A DNA stretch of 64,000 nucleotides, from positions 1,240,001 through 1,304,000 of the forward strand of contig OZ025784.1 of the NCBI GenBank assembly GCA_964019425.1, given 5' to 3'. This document shows, one piece after another, positions 45,104 to 55,883 of this stretch (position 1 is the first letter of the stretch; each line of letters opens with the position of its first letter). Below the pieces are notes generated by a model. That model saw nothing but the letters and a program-made list of their open reading frames with translations. It made no database searches and had not been told where the DNA came from. The position numbers and the translations under genes are program-made. The DNA is from Flectonema sp. DT1601. Taxonomy: Eukaryota.

Positions 45104-46780
45104 CTAATCGATAGCATCAGTTGTAGTGTTGTTGATAGTCACAGCAGTAGTTGGGATCATTTCATCATTTTCTGAGAAATCCTCGACGACAATCTCATTT
45201 GATACTTCTGATAGTTGTTCTCCTGATTCCACATCATCACTTGAAGGCTCCATAACCTGTTCTACAGTGTGACGATCTCTCCATTTCATATATTGTTGGA
45301 TCAATACATCATGAACAACTCCCCTGTAGACTAACATTACAGTGACACCAGTGACGAAGCTTATTTGCCAGTTCCAGACACTTGAGCTGAATGTCCACCT
45401 CACAAGTGCTACTATGTATCCGAGTACTACTTCCAACAGGGTTGACAAAATAATTAGGAACACTCTAAGGACCCTTATCGATATGAATTCTGATAAGAAT
45501 CCATCCAGGTGATGGTGATGTACAAAAACTGTCACCAACAGCACGCTACCTACAAAGTGGTGGTAGGCGTCAATGCTCCAAAGTGTGTTTTCAAAGTTGT
45601 TCGTAAGAATACCTGCGGCACTCTTAAATAGAAAACCAACTGAGACAATTGTCAACTCAAGGACAGCAGCCGTCAATAACAAAATCAAAATCTTCTTCGT
45701 TGCCGATACCACATACAAGTATCTCTTCTTGGTTTGGGTAACAGTAATTTTAAAGTGACCCTTACATTCAGAACATTGTTTCTTGTTAGTGGCTGAGGTA
45801 GTTTTTTGTCTCCATTTTTCAAGGCACGTCTTATGAACGTATTTAACAGATCCCCGGCAATTACAAGGAGAGAACAAATCCTCACGAGGAGCAGTTGAAC
45901 GACAAATACGACAACACATTTCTTCATCGTCAGATTGAGATGCCGTATCTGAATTCCGCTCATCCATTTCTACATCTCCCGTAGTAGGATTAGTACCTCT
46001 GATGGCAGAGTATTTTAATATAATATTTGCTCTCAATTGAATAGCTGCTTCTCTAATCTGATGAGCGACATCGTGAACCTCCGCACGCGCAGATGAATGA
46101 TCCGATCTTCTCTCTTGAACCCACGCAACAAAATAAGCTGCTGCTAACACACAAAACACCACCACTACAAAAACAGGTGCAACAATAGCAATGTAATTAG
46201 TAGTGTATTGATGAACTTCAAGTCGAACGAGAGCGTTGTTAGTCAAGTCGGGAAGTTTATTTCCAATTCGAATCGTCCATTTTGTGTCCAAAGTTGATGC
46301 GTCAAAGATCAGATTAGATTGGACACGAAGAGCGAGTCTGTTACTAAATGAAGACGATTTATTTATACCAGGAGGCTCACAATACTGATACATTCTCTGT
46401 TGTTGACAAACATCAAGCAGATGAACACACTTTACGCTAGCTGACAAGTGAGGATCAGTTTTCCCAGCAGTGTTTCCGCTGCTTGTTATGGATAAGTCCA
46501 TGTAGTTTTCTAAATTATTCGAAACATACAAAAAGACTTCGATCCACCTGACCTCTGGCGAGACCAATTCAAATTGCATTGTTTGTCTCGTTGCAGGTTT
46601 AAGGTAGCCTTCCCAAACTATGTCGTCGTGTAATTCAAAAACGCTGTCTTTCTGAAACGAGACATCCTCAGTTGAAGGAGCAATCACCATAGGTGAGGTT
46701 ACACTATGCAATTGCCCTGCTGATTCTACAAACAGTGAGAGGCATAAAGCAATCTGCATCCCCTGCATTGCTGTTGCCAT
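45104..46780 (-). CDS. Membrane RING-CH (RINGv/MARCH-type) E3 ligase-like protein with luminal N-terminal domain, copy 1
   Basis: Signal peptide, TM, CRIC...PCNCRGSVKYVHKTCLEKW...CSECK, then several TM helices. Confidence 0.9.
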   Translation of the reverse strand: MATAMQGMQIALCLSLFVESAGQLHSVTSPMVIAPSTEDVSFQKDSVFELHDDIVWEGYLKPATRQTMQFELVSPEVRWIEVFLYVSNNLENYMDLSITSSGNTAGKTDPHLSASVKCVHLLDVCQQQRMYQYCEPPGINKSSSFSNRLALRVQSNLIFDASTLDTKWTIRIGNKLPDLTNNALVRLEVHQYTTNYIAIVAPVFVVVVFCVLAAAYFVAWVQERRSDHSSARAEVHDVAHQIREAAIQLRANIILKYSAIRGTNPTTGDVEMDERNSDTASQSDDEEMCCRICRSTAPREDLFSPCNCRGSVKYVHKTCLEKWRQKTTSATNKKQCSECKGHFKITVTQTKKRYLYVVSATKKILILLLTAAVLELTIVSVGFLFKSAAGILTNNFENTLWSIDAYHHFVGSVLLVTVFVHHHHLDGFLSEFISIRVLRVFLIILSTLLEVVLGYIVALVRWTFSSSVWNWQISFVTGVTVMLVYRGVVHDVLIQQYMKWRDRHTVEQVMEPSSDDVESGEQLSEVSNEIVVEDFSENDEMIPTTAVTINNTTTDAID

Positions 46781-47413
46781 GGTTGATTATTTATCAGTAT
46801 CTTTAAAGTAGTAATCAAGTTTTGGAGTAAACGTTAAGAAAAACAACTTATCTGCCTACCTCAGTTACTTCTTTATGATGACAACAGGACCTGTAAAAAA
46901 AAATAATAATAAACCAGACACAAGAATTTCACAAAAAACAGAAAAAATCCTCATCAATGATGTAAAAGTGAATACTAAGTCTTGAGAAAGTTATATTAGA
47001 TACGACTTTTTCCCAGGATTAGTTCTTCATAAATTAAGGTAAGAAATAGGTCTCAAGTTAGCATAGGATGGAAACCCTTATCTTCTTTTTCTTATTCTAT
47101 TTGCTATTTTTTCGTTTAATTAATTAAGATTTATACTCATTCAAGTATTACTTTCTGATGTCCCAGTACAAGACCGGGTGTAATGAAACCATGCACGATG
47201 AGTAGTCATCAGACCACTACCGTGACTGTCTTCAGCATAGTGTGGCTAGCTGACTTATTGTCCATTCATTACACGTCAGTGTTAGTCTTGGTAATCCAAA
47301 GATGCGTTAGTGGGATGCCTTCAAGTTGTTCTCGATTCGATTGGTTGTACTACTTTTAGAGATAACTTCAGGCTACTCTCTAAATGTACGGAACCTGAGG
47401 TTTTCGAAACATT

Positions 47414-49072
47414 TTAAGTGCTGTTGATAGTCACAGCAGTAGTTGGAATCATTTCATCATTTTCTGAGAAATCCTCGACGACAATCTCATTTGATACTTC
47501 TGATAGTTGTTCTCCTGATTCCACATCATCACTTGAAGGCTCCATAACCTGTTCTACAGTGTGACGATCTCTCCATTTCATATATTGTTGGATCAATACA
47601 TCATGAACAACTCCCCTGTAGACTAACATTACAGTGACACCAGTGACGAAGCTTATTTGCCAGTTCCAGACACTTGAGCTGAATGTCCACCTCACAAGTG
47701 CTACTATGTACCCGAGTACTACTTCCAACAGGGTTGACAAAATAATTAGGAACACTCTAAGGACCCTTATCGATATGAATTCTGATAAGAATCCATCCAG
47801 GTGATGGTGATGTACAAAAACTGTCACCAACAGCACGCTACCTACAAAGTGGTGGTAGGCGTCAATGCTCCAAAGTGTGTTTTCAAAGTTGTTCGTAAGA
47901 ATACCTGCGGCACTCTTAAATAGAAAACCAACTGAGACAATTGTCAACTCAAGGACAGCAGCCGTCAATAACAAAATCAAAATCTTCTTCGTTGCCGATA
48001 CCACATACAAGTATCTCTTCTTGGTTTGGGTAACAGTAATTTTAAAGTGACCCTTACATTCAGAACATTGTTTCTTGTTAGTGGCTGAGGTAGTTTTTTG
48101 TCTCCATTTTTCAAGGCACGTCTTATGAACGTATTTAACAGATCCCCGGCAATTACAAGGAGAGAACAAATCCTCACGAGGAGCAGTTGAACGACAAATA
48201 CGACAACACATTTCTTCATCGTCAGATTGAGATGCCGTATCTGAATTCCGCTCATCCATTTCTACATCTCCCGTAGTAGGATTAGTACCTCTGATGGCAG
48301 AGTATTTTAATATAATATTTGCTCTCAATTGAATAGCTGCTTCTCTAATCTGATGAGCGACATCGTGAACCTCCGCACGCGCAGATGAATGATCCGATCT
48401 TCTCTCTTGAACCCACGCAACAAAATAAGCTGCTGCTGCTAACACACAAAACACCACCACTACAAAAACAGGTGCTACTATAGCAATGTAATTAGTAGTG
48501 TATTGATGAACTTCAAGTCGAACGAGAGCGTTGTTAGTCAAGTCAGGGAGTTTATTCCCAATTCGAATCGTCCATTTTGTGTCCAAAGTTGATGCGTCAA
48601 AGATCAGATTAGATTGGACACGAAGAGCGAGTCTGTTACTAAATGAAGACGATTTATTTATACCAGGAGGCTCACAATACTGATACATTCTCTGTTGTTG
48701 ACAAACATCAAGCAGATGAACACACTTTACGCTAGCTGACAAGTGAGGATCAGTTTTCCCAGCAGTGTTTCCGCTGCTTGTTATGGATAAGTCCATGTAG
48801 TTTTCTAAATTATTTGAAACATACAAAAAGACTTCGATCCACCTGACCTCTGGCGAGACCAATTCAAATTGCATTGTTTGTCTCGTTGCAGGTTTAAGGT
48901 AGCCTTCCCAAACTATGTCGTCGTGTAATTCAAAAACGCTCTCGTTTCGAAACGAGACATTCTCAATTGAAGGAGCAATCACCATAGGTGAGGTTACACT
49001 ATGCAATTGCCCTGCTGATTCTACAAGCAGTGAGAGGCAACATAAAGCAATCACCCGCATTGTTATTACCAT
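47414..49072 (-). CDS. Membrane RING-CH protein, copy 2
   Basis: Nearly identical to copy 1; differences are in the first ~45 aa, one extra Ala and the extreme C-terminus. Confidence 0.9.
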   Translation of the reverse strand: MVITMRVIALCCLSLLVESAGQLHSVTSPMVIAPSIENVSFRNESVFELHDDIVWEGYLKPATRQTMQFELVSPEVRWIEVFLYVSNNLENYMDLSITSSGNTAGKTDPHLSASVKCVHLLDVCQQQRMYQYCEPPGINKSSSFSNRLALRVQSNLIFDASTLDTKWTIRIGNKLPDLTNNALVRLEVHQYTTNYIAIVAPVFVVVVFCVLAAAAYFVAWVQERRSDHSSARAEVHDVAHQIREAAIQLRANIILKYSAIRGTNPTTGDVEMDERNSDTASQSDDEEMCCRICRSTAPREDLFSPCNCRGSVKYVHKTCLEKWRQKTTSATNKKQCSECKGHFKITVTQTKKRYLYVVSATKKILILLLTAAVLELTIVSVGFLFKSAAGILTNNFENTLWSIDAYHHFVGSVLLVTVFVHHHHLDGFLSEFISIRVLRVFLIILSTLLEVVLGYIVALVRWTFSSSVWNWQISFVTGVTVMLVYRGVVHDVLIQQYMKWRDRHTVEQVMEPSSDDVESGEQLSEVSNEIVVEDFSENDEMIPTTAVTINST

Positions 49073-49558
49073 GGTTGATTATTTGTGAATACCTTTTATA
49101 GTAGTAATTAAGTTTCGGAGTAAACGTTAAGAAAAACAACTTATCTGCCAATAACGGGACCTGTATAGAATAATAATAATAATAAACTGGACCACAAAAA
49201 AACAGAAGAAATCCTCATCAATGATGTAAAAGTGATGGAATACTAAGTCTTGAGAAAGTTATATTAGAAGAATAAAATAAATGCAGCGACTAAGCCCTGC
49301 GATATGACTTTCACCCCCAAGTATCACTTCTTCATAAATCAAGGTAAGGGATTGGTATTAAGTTAGGTTATCAACCCTTTTTTATTTTTTCTTTCTTATT
49401 CTATTTGTTGTTATTTTTTTTTTATTTTTTTTTTTATAGTCATTCATGTATTAGTTTTCGATGTACCAACTGACTTATTGTCCATTCATTACACGTCAGT
49501 GTTAGTCCTGATAATCCTCAAAGGTGCGATAGTGAGATGCCTTCAAGTTGTTCGACTG

Positions 49559-50824
49559 CTATCCCTTAGCTGAATCAACTTGTTCATTTAACGCATCCTG
49601 TCCAAGAAATACCTCATAAACAAGAAGTGGAATACCCGCAGGTATACCAAGAGGAAGTCTTCTGCTCAGTCCACGAAATAATATTTTAGCCTTCGACTTT
49701 CTAGATTGTTGACGAATAAAGTGAATAAAAGCATTCGAATGAGCAGACTGACTATGTCTGTTTGTTATATGCCACTCGTGAAGATTGTCAAAAGGATGAG
49801 ATACGGCCGTCAGTGTCATTCCAGCACTCATTCCTGCAAAGACACATCCAGCTAATCTATGATCATCTGGAGTATACTTAAGTATGTGGTGTTTATAAAA
49901 TTCATATGACGCAAAGAACGATGCTAGTCCACACACTTCCTGCACTGTCATAAGTGGCATGTCCTTAAAAAGACCTCTAAGACCATCCTTACGCAACAGT
50001 TTCTGACATCCCTTGAACAATGGTTTACCAGGTTCGATTCGCTTGACATTGTAAGCAGGTGTGTTGAGTAGGGCTTGGATGAATCCAGCAAATCCTCCGC
50101 AGAGAAGTTCAATTGAAACTGCTTCTTTGAATGTAGGATTTGAATTTTTAAGATGTAAGTATTCTTTTGTTGTTGAATACGTGTGAAACATCGTTAATGA
50201 AACAATACTATTATACATATAGGGACCTACAGCTAGCTTTGCAATTGACGACACACCTCCGGCTGCGAGTTCAGCGCGGAGTGCTGATGCGGTGCTGAGA
50301 GAACCTCTCTTTCTTGAGATGACTTCGAGGGTACCGACAGCTGATTTCTTAAATAATCGAACAGGATTAGAAATGTACTTAGCGAGTGTTAAACTTGCTT
50401 TTCTGATAAGCAACTGCATCACCGCAGTGACAGACTGTGCCAACGGTCTCGTCATAGAAGTTGCCGCACGAGCTAATCCCGCGTAGAACGATGCATCACT
50501 TTCAATTTCGAGAATTTCAGCATTCTCATTATCACTCTCTGACACCCAAACAACTAAACTCGCGAAGTTGATACTATCAGGACATCCTCCGTATTCCGCT
50601 ACTTCATAAAACAATTTCTCTTTTTCTTGTGAATCCATTTTCGCCGCCGGCAGGTTTGCAATTTTCAGTAAATTTAAAAACTCGTGATGTCCAAGCACCT
50701 CATTATCTCCTTTTGCTTCGTCGAATATTTTTCGTAATTTCCTCCTTGCGGCAGCTGTGAGATATGATTCTTCCCTAGTCTGAGCTTTCCATTGATCGAT
50801 TTGGATGTGGTACAACGTAGTCAT
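49559..50824 (-). CDS. Divergent mitochondrial carrier with N-terminal EF-hand-like region
   Basis: LRKIFDEAKGDNEVLGHHEF and DSINFASL (EF-like). Carrier-like PAYNVK, DGLRGLFKD, FFASYEFYK, HPFDNL, LFRGL. Confidence 0.7.
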   Translation of the reverse strand: MTTLYHIQIDQWKAQTREESYLTAAARRKLRKIFDEAKGDNEVLGHHEFLNLLKIANLPAAKMDSQEKEKLFYEVAEYGGCPDSINFASLVVWVSESDNENAEILEIESDASFYAGLARAATSMTRPLAQSVTAVMQLLIRKASLTLAKYISNPVRLFKKSAVGTLEVISRKRGSLSTASALRAELAAGGVSSIAKLAVGPYMYNSIVSLTMFHTYSTTKEYLHLKNSNPTFKEAVSIELLCGGFAGFIQALLNTPAYNVKRIEPGKPLFKGCQKLLRKDGLRGLFKDMPLMTVQEVCGLASFFASYEFYKHHILKYTPDDHRLAGCVFAGMSAGMTLTAVSHPFDNLHEWHITNRHSQSAHSNAFIHFIRQQSRKSKAKILFRGLSRRLPLGIPAGIPLLVYEVFLGQDALNEQVDSAKG

Positions 50825-51051
50825 TACTGAAAAAGGTTAAGTAATAAGTTAGTAGTGACTGGAAATAGCTAAACCCTAAACTACTAAGACATAATTATTA
50901 TTCTGTATTGAGGAATAGATTTCATGATACGTATGTCACTAGTTAGTAGAAAGTGTTAAAGTTGGTTGCAATACGACAGCTAATACAATACAGAAATACT
51001 TTATTGCCAAAACAACAAAATTGTGTTCTCTAAAAAGGAAACATAAATACA

Positions 51052-51849
51052 TCACAGAGTAGGGTAAAGAGAGAGTAGCTTCCCTCGAGTAGATGCTTTT
51101 GAGGCAGTTAGGTGGGCGATGGCTGCGGATGTTGCTGCAGCTGATTTCGCAGCAACTTCACAGCTGCGTGCTCGGCTTAAAGCAGCTTCTGAATTTGACA
51201 AGTTTCCGTGTGACTGACACAGAGCTTTCTTAGCACACATCACAGCTTCTCTAGCTGCATGTTCACGAGTAGTTTTATCATTAAGTACAATACGACATGC
51301 GTCACGACGCTCTTGAGCAGAAGTCATTTGGAGTTCCTTAATACGACATTCCTCTTCAGACTCTCGATAAGCCTCAGTCAGTTCCTTTAACGATGAAGTC
51401 TGAACTCGATGTCTATCCTGAATGACGCCTCTCTCGTGTATCAAATGATTAAGTGTTGAGGAGGTGTCTTGAACATGAGCTTCTGCAGAAATTGCGAGAT
51501 TTCTCGCATTCTGACAGGCGACGTCAGCCGCAGCGAGTTCCTGTCTGACGGTCTCCCATTGCAATTTAATATTTTGATATTTAAACTGGGTTGATGAGAG
51601 TTGTTTTTCTCTAATATTAATTGTATTTGAATACTCACAAGACATCCTTTCTATGTTTGCAAACTCTGCCTCTGCTTTCATCAATTCAGATTGTAAGGTC
51701 TCAACTGAAGTACAACTTTCTGCGAGTGCTGTTTCTGCGAAATTCAAATCTTTTTTAGCTCTCACTGCCTCCTCCATTAGTAGAGTAGCATGGCTTGCTT
51801 TCTCTACGGCATTCCTAACACATTCCATTTTTAGTGTCGAAGAGTCCAT
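51052..51849 (-). CDS. Coiled-coil hypothetical protein
   Basis: 265 aa Ala/Glu-rich heptad-like ORF. Confidence 0.7.
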   Translation of the reverse strand: MDSSTLKMECVRNAVEKASHATLLMEEAVRAKKDLNFAETALAESCTSVETLQSELMKAEAEFANIERMSCEYSNTINIREKQLSSTQFKYQNIKLQWETVRQELAAADVACQNARNLAISAEAHVQDTSSTLNHLIHERGVIQDRHRVQTSSLKELTEAYRESEEECRIKELQMTSAQERRDACRIVLNDKTTREHAAREAVMCAKKALCQSHGNLSNSEAALSRARSCEVAAKSAAATSAAIAHLTASKASTRGKLLSLYPTL

Positions 51850-52642
51850 TTATTGTATTCTCAGAAAGACTCTTTTAATCCTGTAGAATAAGCAACTGAT
51901 TAAACAAGAGTAATCTGTTAACAAAATAAAAATCAAGTTGGTGCAGTCCAAAACAACTCGCTGATAACTAAGCAGCTTAAGAACAGAAACACGACGAGGT
52001 ATTGAAGAACTGTTTACAACTATACCATAAAGTGGAATCTTTCTCAAAAGCCGAACCGATACGTCCTTAATTGCTGCTTTGCCAGGATCTGAGAAGAAAA
52101 ACAAATTGAAGTAAGACGAATGGAAATGAGTTCGGGAGGGGGAAAAGCTACAAACGTCAAGAACTTAAATACAACATTTCCTCATTCAAGAACAGGTGTT
52201 TTTTTGTCAAGATGAAAGGATGCTGATATACTCTCAAGAGATCTGCAGTACAATAACACCAATCTCCTGCTGTCTTCGGTACCTACTTATCAAAGACTGC
52301 AGCACTTCTATTTCCAGAACAGTGCAACAGAACACAAAACGACAATTATCTCATTCAAGGATCGCCACAAGGTATGTGCGATAAAATTAAATTATTAAAC
52401 AACACAGATCGGAAAGCAAACATTCAAAAGGGAGGAAAAGGTTTGCACGAAAATTATTGGAAAACGAGAAAAAAAAAAAAAAGAAAAAAAAATTCGGGGC
52501 AAAATATATACTAAGCAAGAAGAATGCGGAAAAAAAAATCAATTTTCTCCTTTAATTCTTTCGGATACGCCAGCTGGCGGTAATGTAAGTTACGCACGCA
52601 GAATTAACAACTCATGGATTTGAGTGAAATGGTCCAGCAGGT

Positions 52643-55420
52643 CTACAGTGAGATTGCTGTTTGTCCTCTAGGGATAGAAAAGTCTACGTGTCCGGATGCT
52701 TCAGAAATAGTAGTCGATTTCCCAACAAGAACATCATGCAAGTAGTTGATTAGTGGACGAGGTGATGTGGAAGTGTCAACGTGAAAGTCTGCGTAAGTTC
52801 CTAACCCAGGTGGTTTACCAACAACTCCTCCAGAGAGATCAGAAGATGAGATGTGAACAGTGGGTATGAAGGGATGTCCAAGTTGAAGAGAGGTAGTCTT
52901 TGATCCAACCCACCAAAGTAAAAGATGGCATCCAGTACTTACTAAGCCTGTTAACTGTTCAGAGTATGACATCACACTCTGACAATCCATTATATGAAAT
53001 CCTTTACAATTATCCTTTAGAACTTCAGCATACGCAAGTGTACAAGGTAGACTAGCAGATGGCTGATCATCAATAAGTAGCGATGATATAAATGCCGCTG
53101 ATTCTAAAAGTTTTGATCCTTTCGTAGTCACAACAGACCCACCGTTTCCAATAATCATTTTACACACATTCGCCAGTTGTAATGCTTCAGTATCAGTTGG
53201 TACGTCCTTTACGAGGAGTCCCATTGAGAACGAAGATGATTTTGGTCTTTCGTGTTCTTTTAAATCACTAAAATAATCAGAGACCTTATTACAAATACGT
53301 TCAACTCCTCCATCTTGTTGGACAGATCCCCATCCGTATAAATGTTCTGCGTCTCTTCCAATTTGAGAAAGGAACCAGTCGTTGTGGGTTTTTTCACAAC
53401 CGTGTTCCATGACATAGGCGTTGCAGACGTAAGGGTGGCGGATGTGGCCTGTTAGAATTCGAGACATGAAACGATCGAATTGCACTCCTCCTCCACCTCC
53501 ACAACCTTCAGTGTGAGGGATAAAATGATAATGGTATTCTGGATTAGATTCATTTAAACGCGTGGCAGCCATTCCAGCTATTTGAGAACTACACAAAGAA
53601 GTTGGTAACACCAGTCTGACTCTTCTCATGTCATCAGCAACGTTATTTATCCACTCAACAGATTCAACATTTCCTTTTGTAATCTCTAATGAGGATGCAG
53701 ATATCAAGTCTTGCATGTAGTTTGGTGTCTTTTCCAAATCTTCGAGTTTCTTTCCTTCTTCGTTGGCCCAATTTCTCCAAATTGAAACCTGATAATGTCC
53801 GCTGAGTTCTCCTTTACAAGGAGACCCCTCAGAGATTGATACTGCTTGTGCTAAAACTTTTGCTGACATGACGTCTCTTGGGACTCCATCGTTGAGTTCA
53901 CCAGCGTTGACGTCCATATCGTTTGAAAGGATTGAATACCTACCCGTAGTTGTTACAAACTTTAATGTTGGAACTGATGGAAAGTTAGTAATTGCTCCAT
54001 TCCCAGTAACGAAGAATATTAAATTACATCCTGAAGCAACTTGACCAGCGATACTCTCGAGATCATTTCCTGGAGAGTCCATAAAGAAGTATCCTCTTCC
54101 ATTTCCTAACCTCGACTCAATCGATTCTCCATAATCAAGACAGCCAGTTAAACATGTTGTCGGAGACTTCTTTCTTGAAGCACCCAATGACTTTAGTACA
54201 ATGTTGTACAAACCTCTAAATAAATTACCACCTGATGGATTTCCAGAAGCATTCTGACCGTGTCTACCTGCGTACTCCATGTAACGGGTAGTGAGGTTTA
54301 AAAAGTGTTTTGCTACGGAAAGGTCTTCACAGTTATCGAGAATGTACGGTTCTGCTCCTACCAACTCAGGTGTTTCTGCGATTACCGCACAGCCGCCTAA
54401 TTTAATTAATTTTTCACAAATAATTCCGACTAGAGGATTGCCAGTCACTCCTGAGAAAGCATCAGATCCACCACATTGCAAGGCAATCTTTAGATGAGAA
54501 AATGACTGCGGAGTTCTCTTCGTGTCATCAGTGTTTGCTAATTCAACAGCTGAATCCACAACAGTTTTTAAATCAGAAGCCCAATCAGAGGTTCTGGTCA
54601 CGATTCTATGAGGAACATGATTAATACGATCTCCTAATAGTTCTCTGAAGTCACTTTCAGTTATTTGAGGTTCAGTTTCATCAAAAACAACAATCGCTGC
54701 CGCAGTATTACAATGTAGAAACACACCCTTCAGAACACTTAGGATTAAGTGGCGATTGTTTTGTTTGCCTGCACCTCCTTCATTATGACTAAATGCACAG
54801 ATGCGATCAACAGTAGCGTCATCTGTTTTACTGTTTGAGAACTTTGTTGATGCTCGTTGTTCTGCAGTTCGGACGAATCCCGAACTGTTAACTGTCGCTC
54901 CGATGATTAAAACACAATTTCTGGTACCAACTCCTCTGTTGTGAGGTCTCATAAAACCATTCCAAGTGTGGTCTAAATGATCAGGTGAGAGTTCTACCTG
55001 CTTCCCCGGAGTAAACTTTTCTTCATCAAGACTAAAAGCAGCATCCACTGACGTGTCAGTGTCTTTAAAGTTTACAGCAGGCAGCTCCCATGTCACTTCT
55101 CTTCTACCCTGAAGAGCGTTAATCATTAAAGAGTTCATGACGTATTCTCCAACTAGTAAGTCACGTTCTGCAATCCCAAATGGGAGTCCCCAAGACATTA
55201 GATATTCACCTTTATTAATTGGCATGAGAGCGAACCTATGACCTTCGAGGATGGTATGCGAAATTCGTGCAGTCTTTCCATCAAAAACGAACTCAGTTCC
55301 GGCGTTAAGCAAACCCGTTGCAATCGCGCAATTATCACCAGCCTCTGCGATGTTCGCTATTTCTGTCAAATCCTTAACGTCAGTCCCCCCTTCCAGGGAT
55401 ATGTGGCTACGCTTTGACAT
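52643..55420 (-). CDS. UxaA/GarD family (altronate/galactarate) dehydratase: SAF domain + dehydratase core + second degenerate dehydratase-like module
   Basis: DNCAIA...GHRFAL (SAF), GVGTRN, LQCGGSDAFSGVTGNPLVG, AETPELVGAE, NPSGGNLFRGL, MDSPGNDLESIAGQVASGC. The second module has HTEGCG and HGCEKT. Intronless. Confidence 0.92.
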   Translation of the reverse strand: MSKRSHISLEGGTDVKDLTEIANIAEAGDNCAIATGLLNAGTEFVFDGKTARISHTILEGHRFALMPINKGEYLMSWGLPFGIAERDLLVGEYVMNSLMINALQGRREVTWELPAVNFKDTDTSVDAAFSLDEEKFTPGKQVELSPDHLDHTWNGFMRPHNRGVGTRNCVLIIGATVNSSGFVRTAEQRASTKFSNSKTDDATVDRICAFSHNEGGAGKQNNRHLILSVLKGVFLHCNTAAAIVVFDETEPQITESDFRELLGDRINHVPHRIVTRTSDWASDLKTVVDSAVELANTDDTKRTPQSFSHLKIALQCGGSDAFSGVTGNPLVGIICEKLIKLGGCAVIAETPELVGAEPYILDNCEDLSVAKHFLNLTTRYMEYAGRHGQNASGNPSGGNLFRGLYNIVLKSLGASRKKSPTTCLTGCLDYGESIESRLGNGRGYFFMDSPGNDLESIAGQVASGCNLIFFVTGNGAITNFPSVPTLKFVTTTGRYSILSNDMDVNAGELNDGVPRDVMSAKVLAQAVSISEGSPCKGELSGHYQVSIWRNWANEEGKKLEDLEKTPNYMQDLISASSLEITKGNVESVEWINNVADDMRRVRLVLPTSLCSSQIAGMAATRLNESNPEYHYHFIPHTEGCGGGGGVQFDRFMSRILTGHIRHPYVCNAYVMEHGCEKTHNDWFLSQIGRDAEHLYGWGSVQQDGGVERICNKVSDYFSDLKEHERPKSSSFSMGLLVKDVPTDTEALQLANVCKMIIGNGGSVVTTKGSKLLESAAFISSLLIDDQPSASLPCTLAYAEVLKDNCKGFHIMDCQSVMSYSEQLTGLVSTGCHLLLWWVGSKTTSLQLGHPFIPTVHISSSDLSGGVVGKPPGLGTYADFHVDTSTSPRPLINYLHDVLVGKSTTISEASGHVDFSIPRGQTAISL

Positions 55421-55883
55421 TGTTACTAAGCTTCTGAGGGAGATAAACTAATATGAAGAAAAGAAACGACAACTATCAATTAGATCTATAAATACGTCGT
55501 CAACTCTGCAATGGAATGTCTTGAGAGGAAATTAAATTTAAAATTAAAAATAATAATAAAAACTTTATTACTCCGAAGCGTCATTAGAAAGATGAGATTA
55601 TCGAAACTAATGTTTGTAAATAAATATTAAAAATAATAATCCACATTATGGATACCATGCTGTGGTTTAATTAACCAGTTGGATGACATGCGGCCTGACA
55701 CAGAAGGCTTCCTTTGAATCACACCGCTATCTACATGTGTCCCTTAGTTTAGTAACATTAAGTTAGATATCCTCACGACTGAAGAGCACCATGATTGGGT
55801 TCATCGACACCATAAAAATATTTCTAATTATTTACAACAACAGAAGACTCAGACACATCGATTGTTGAATTAGTTTCGGCAAT

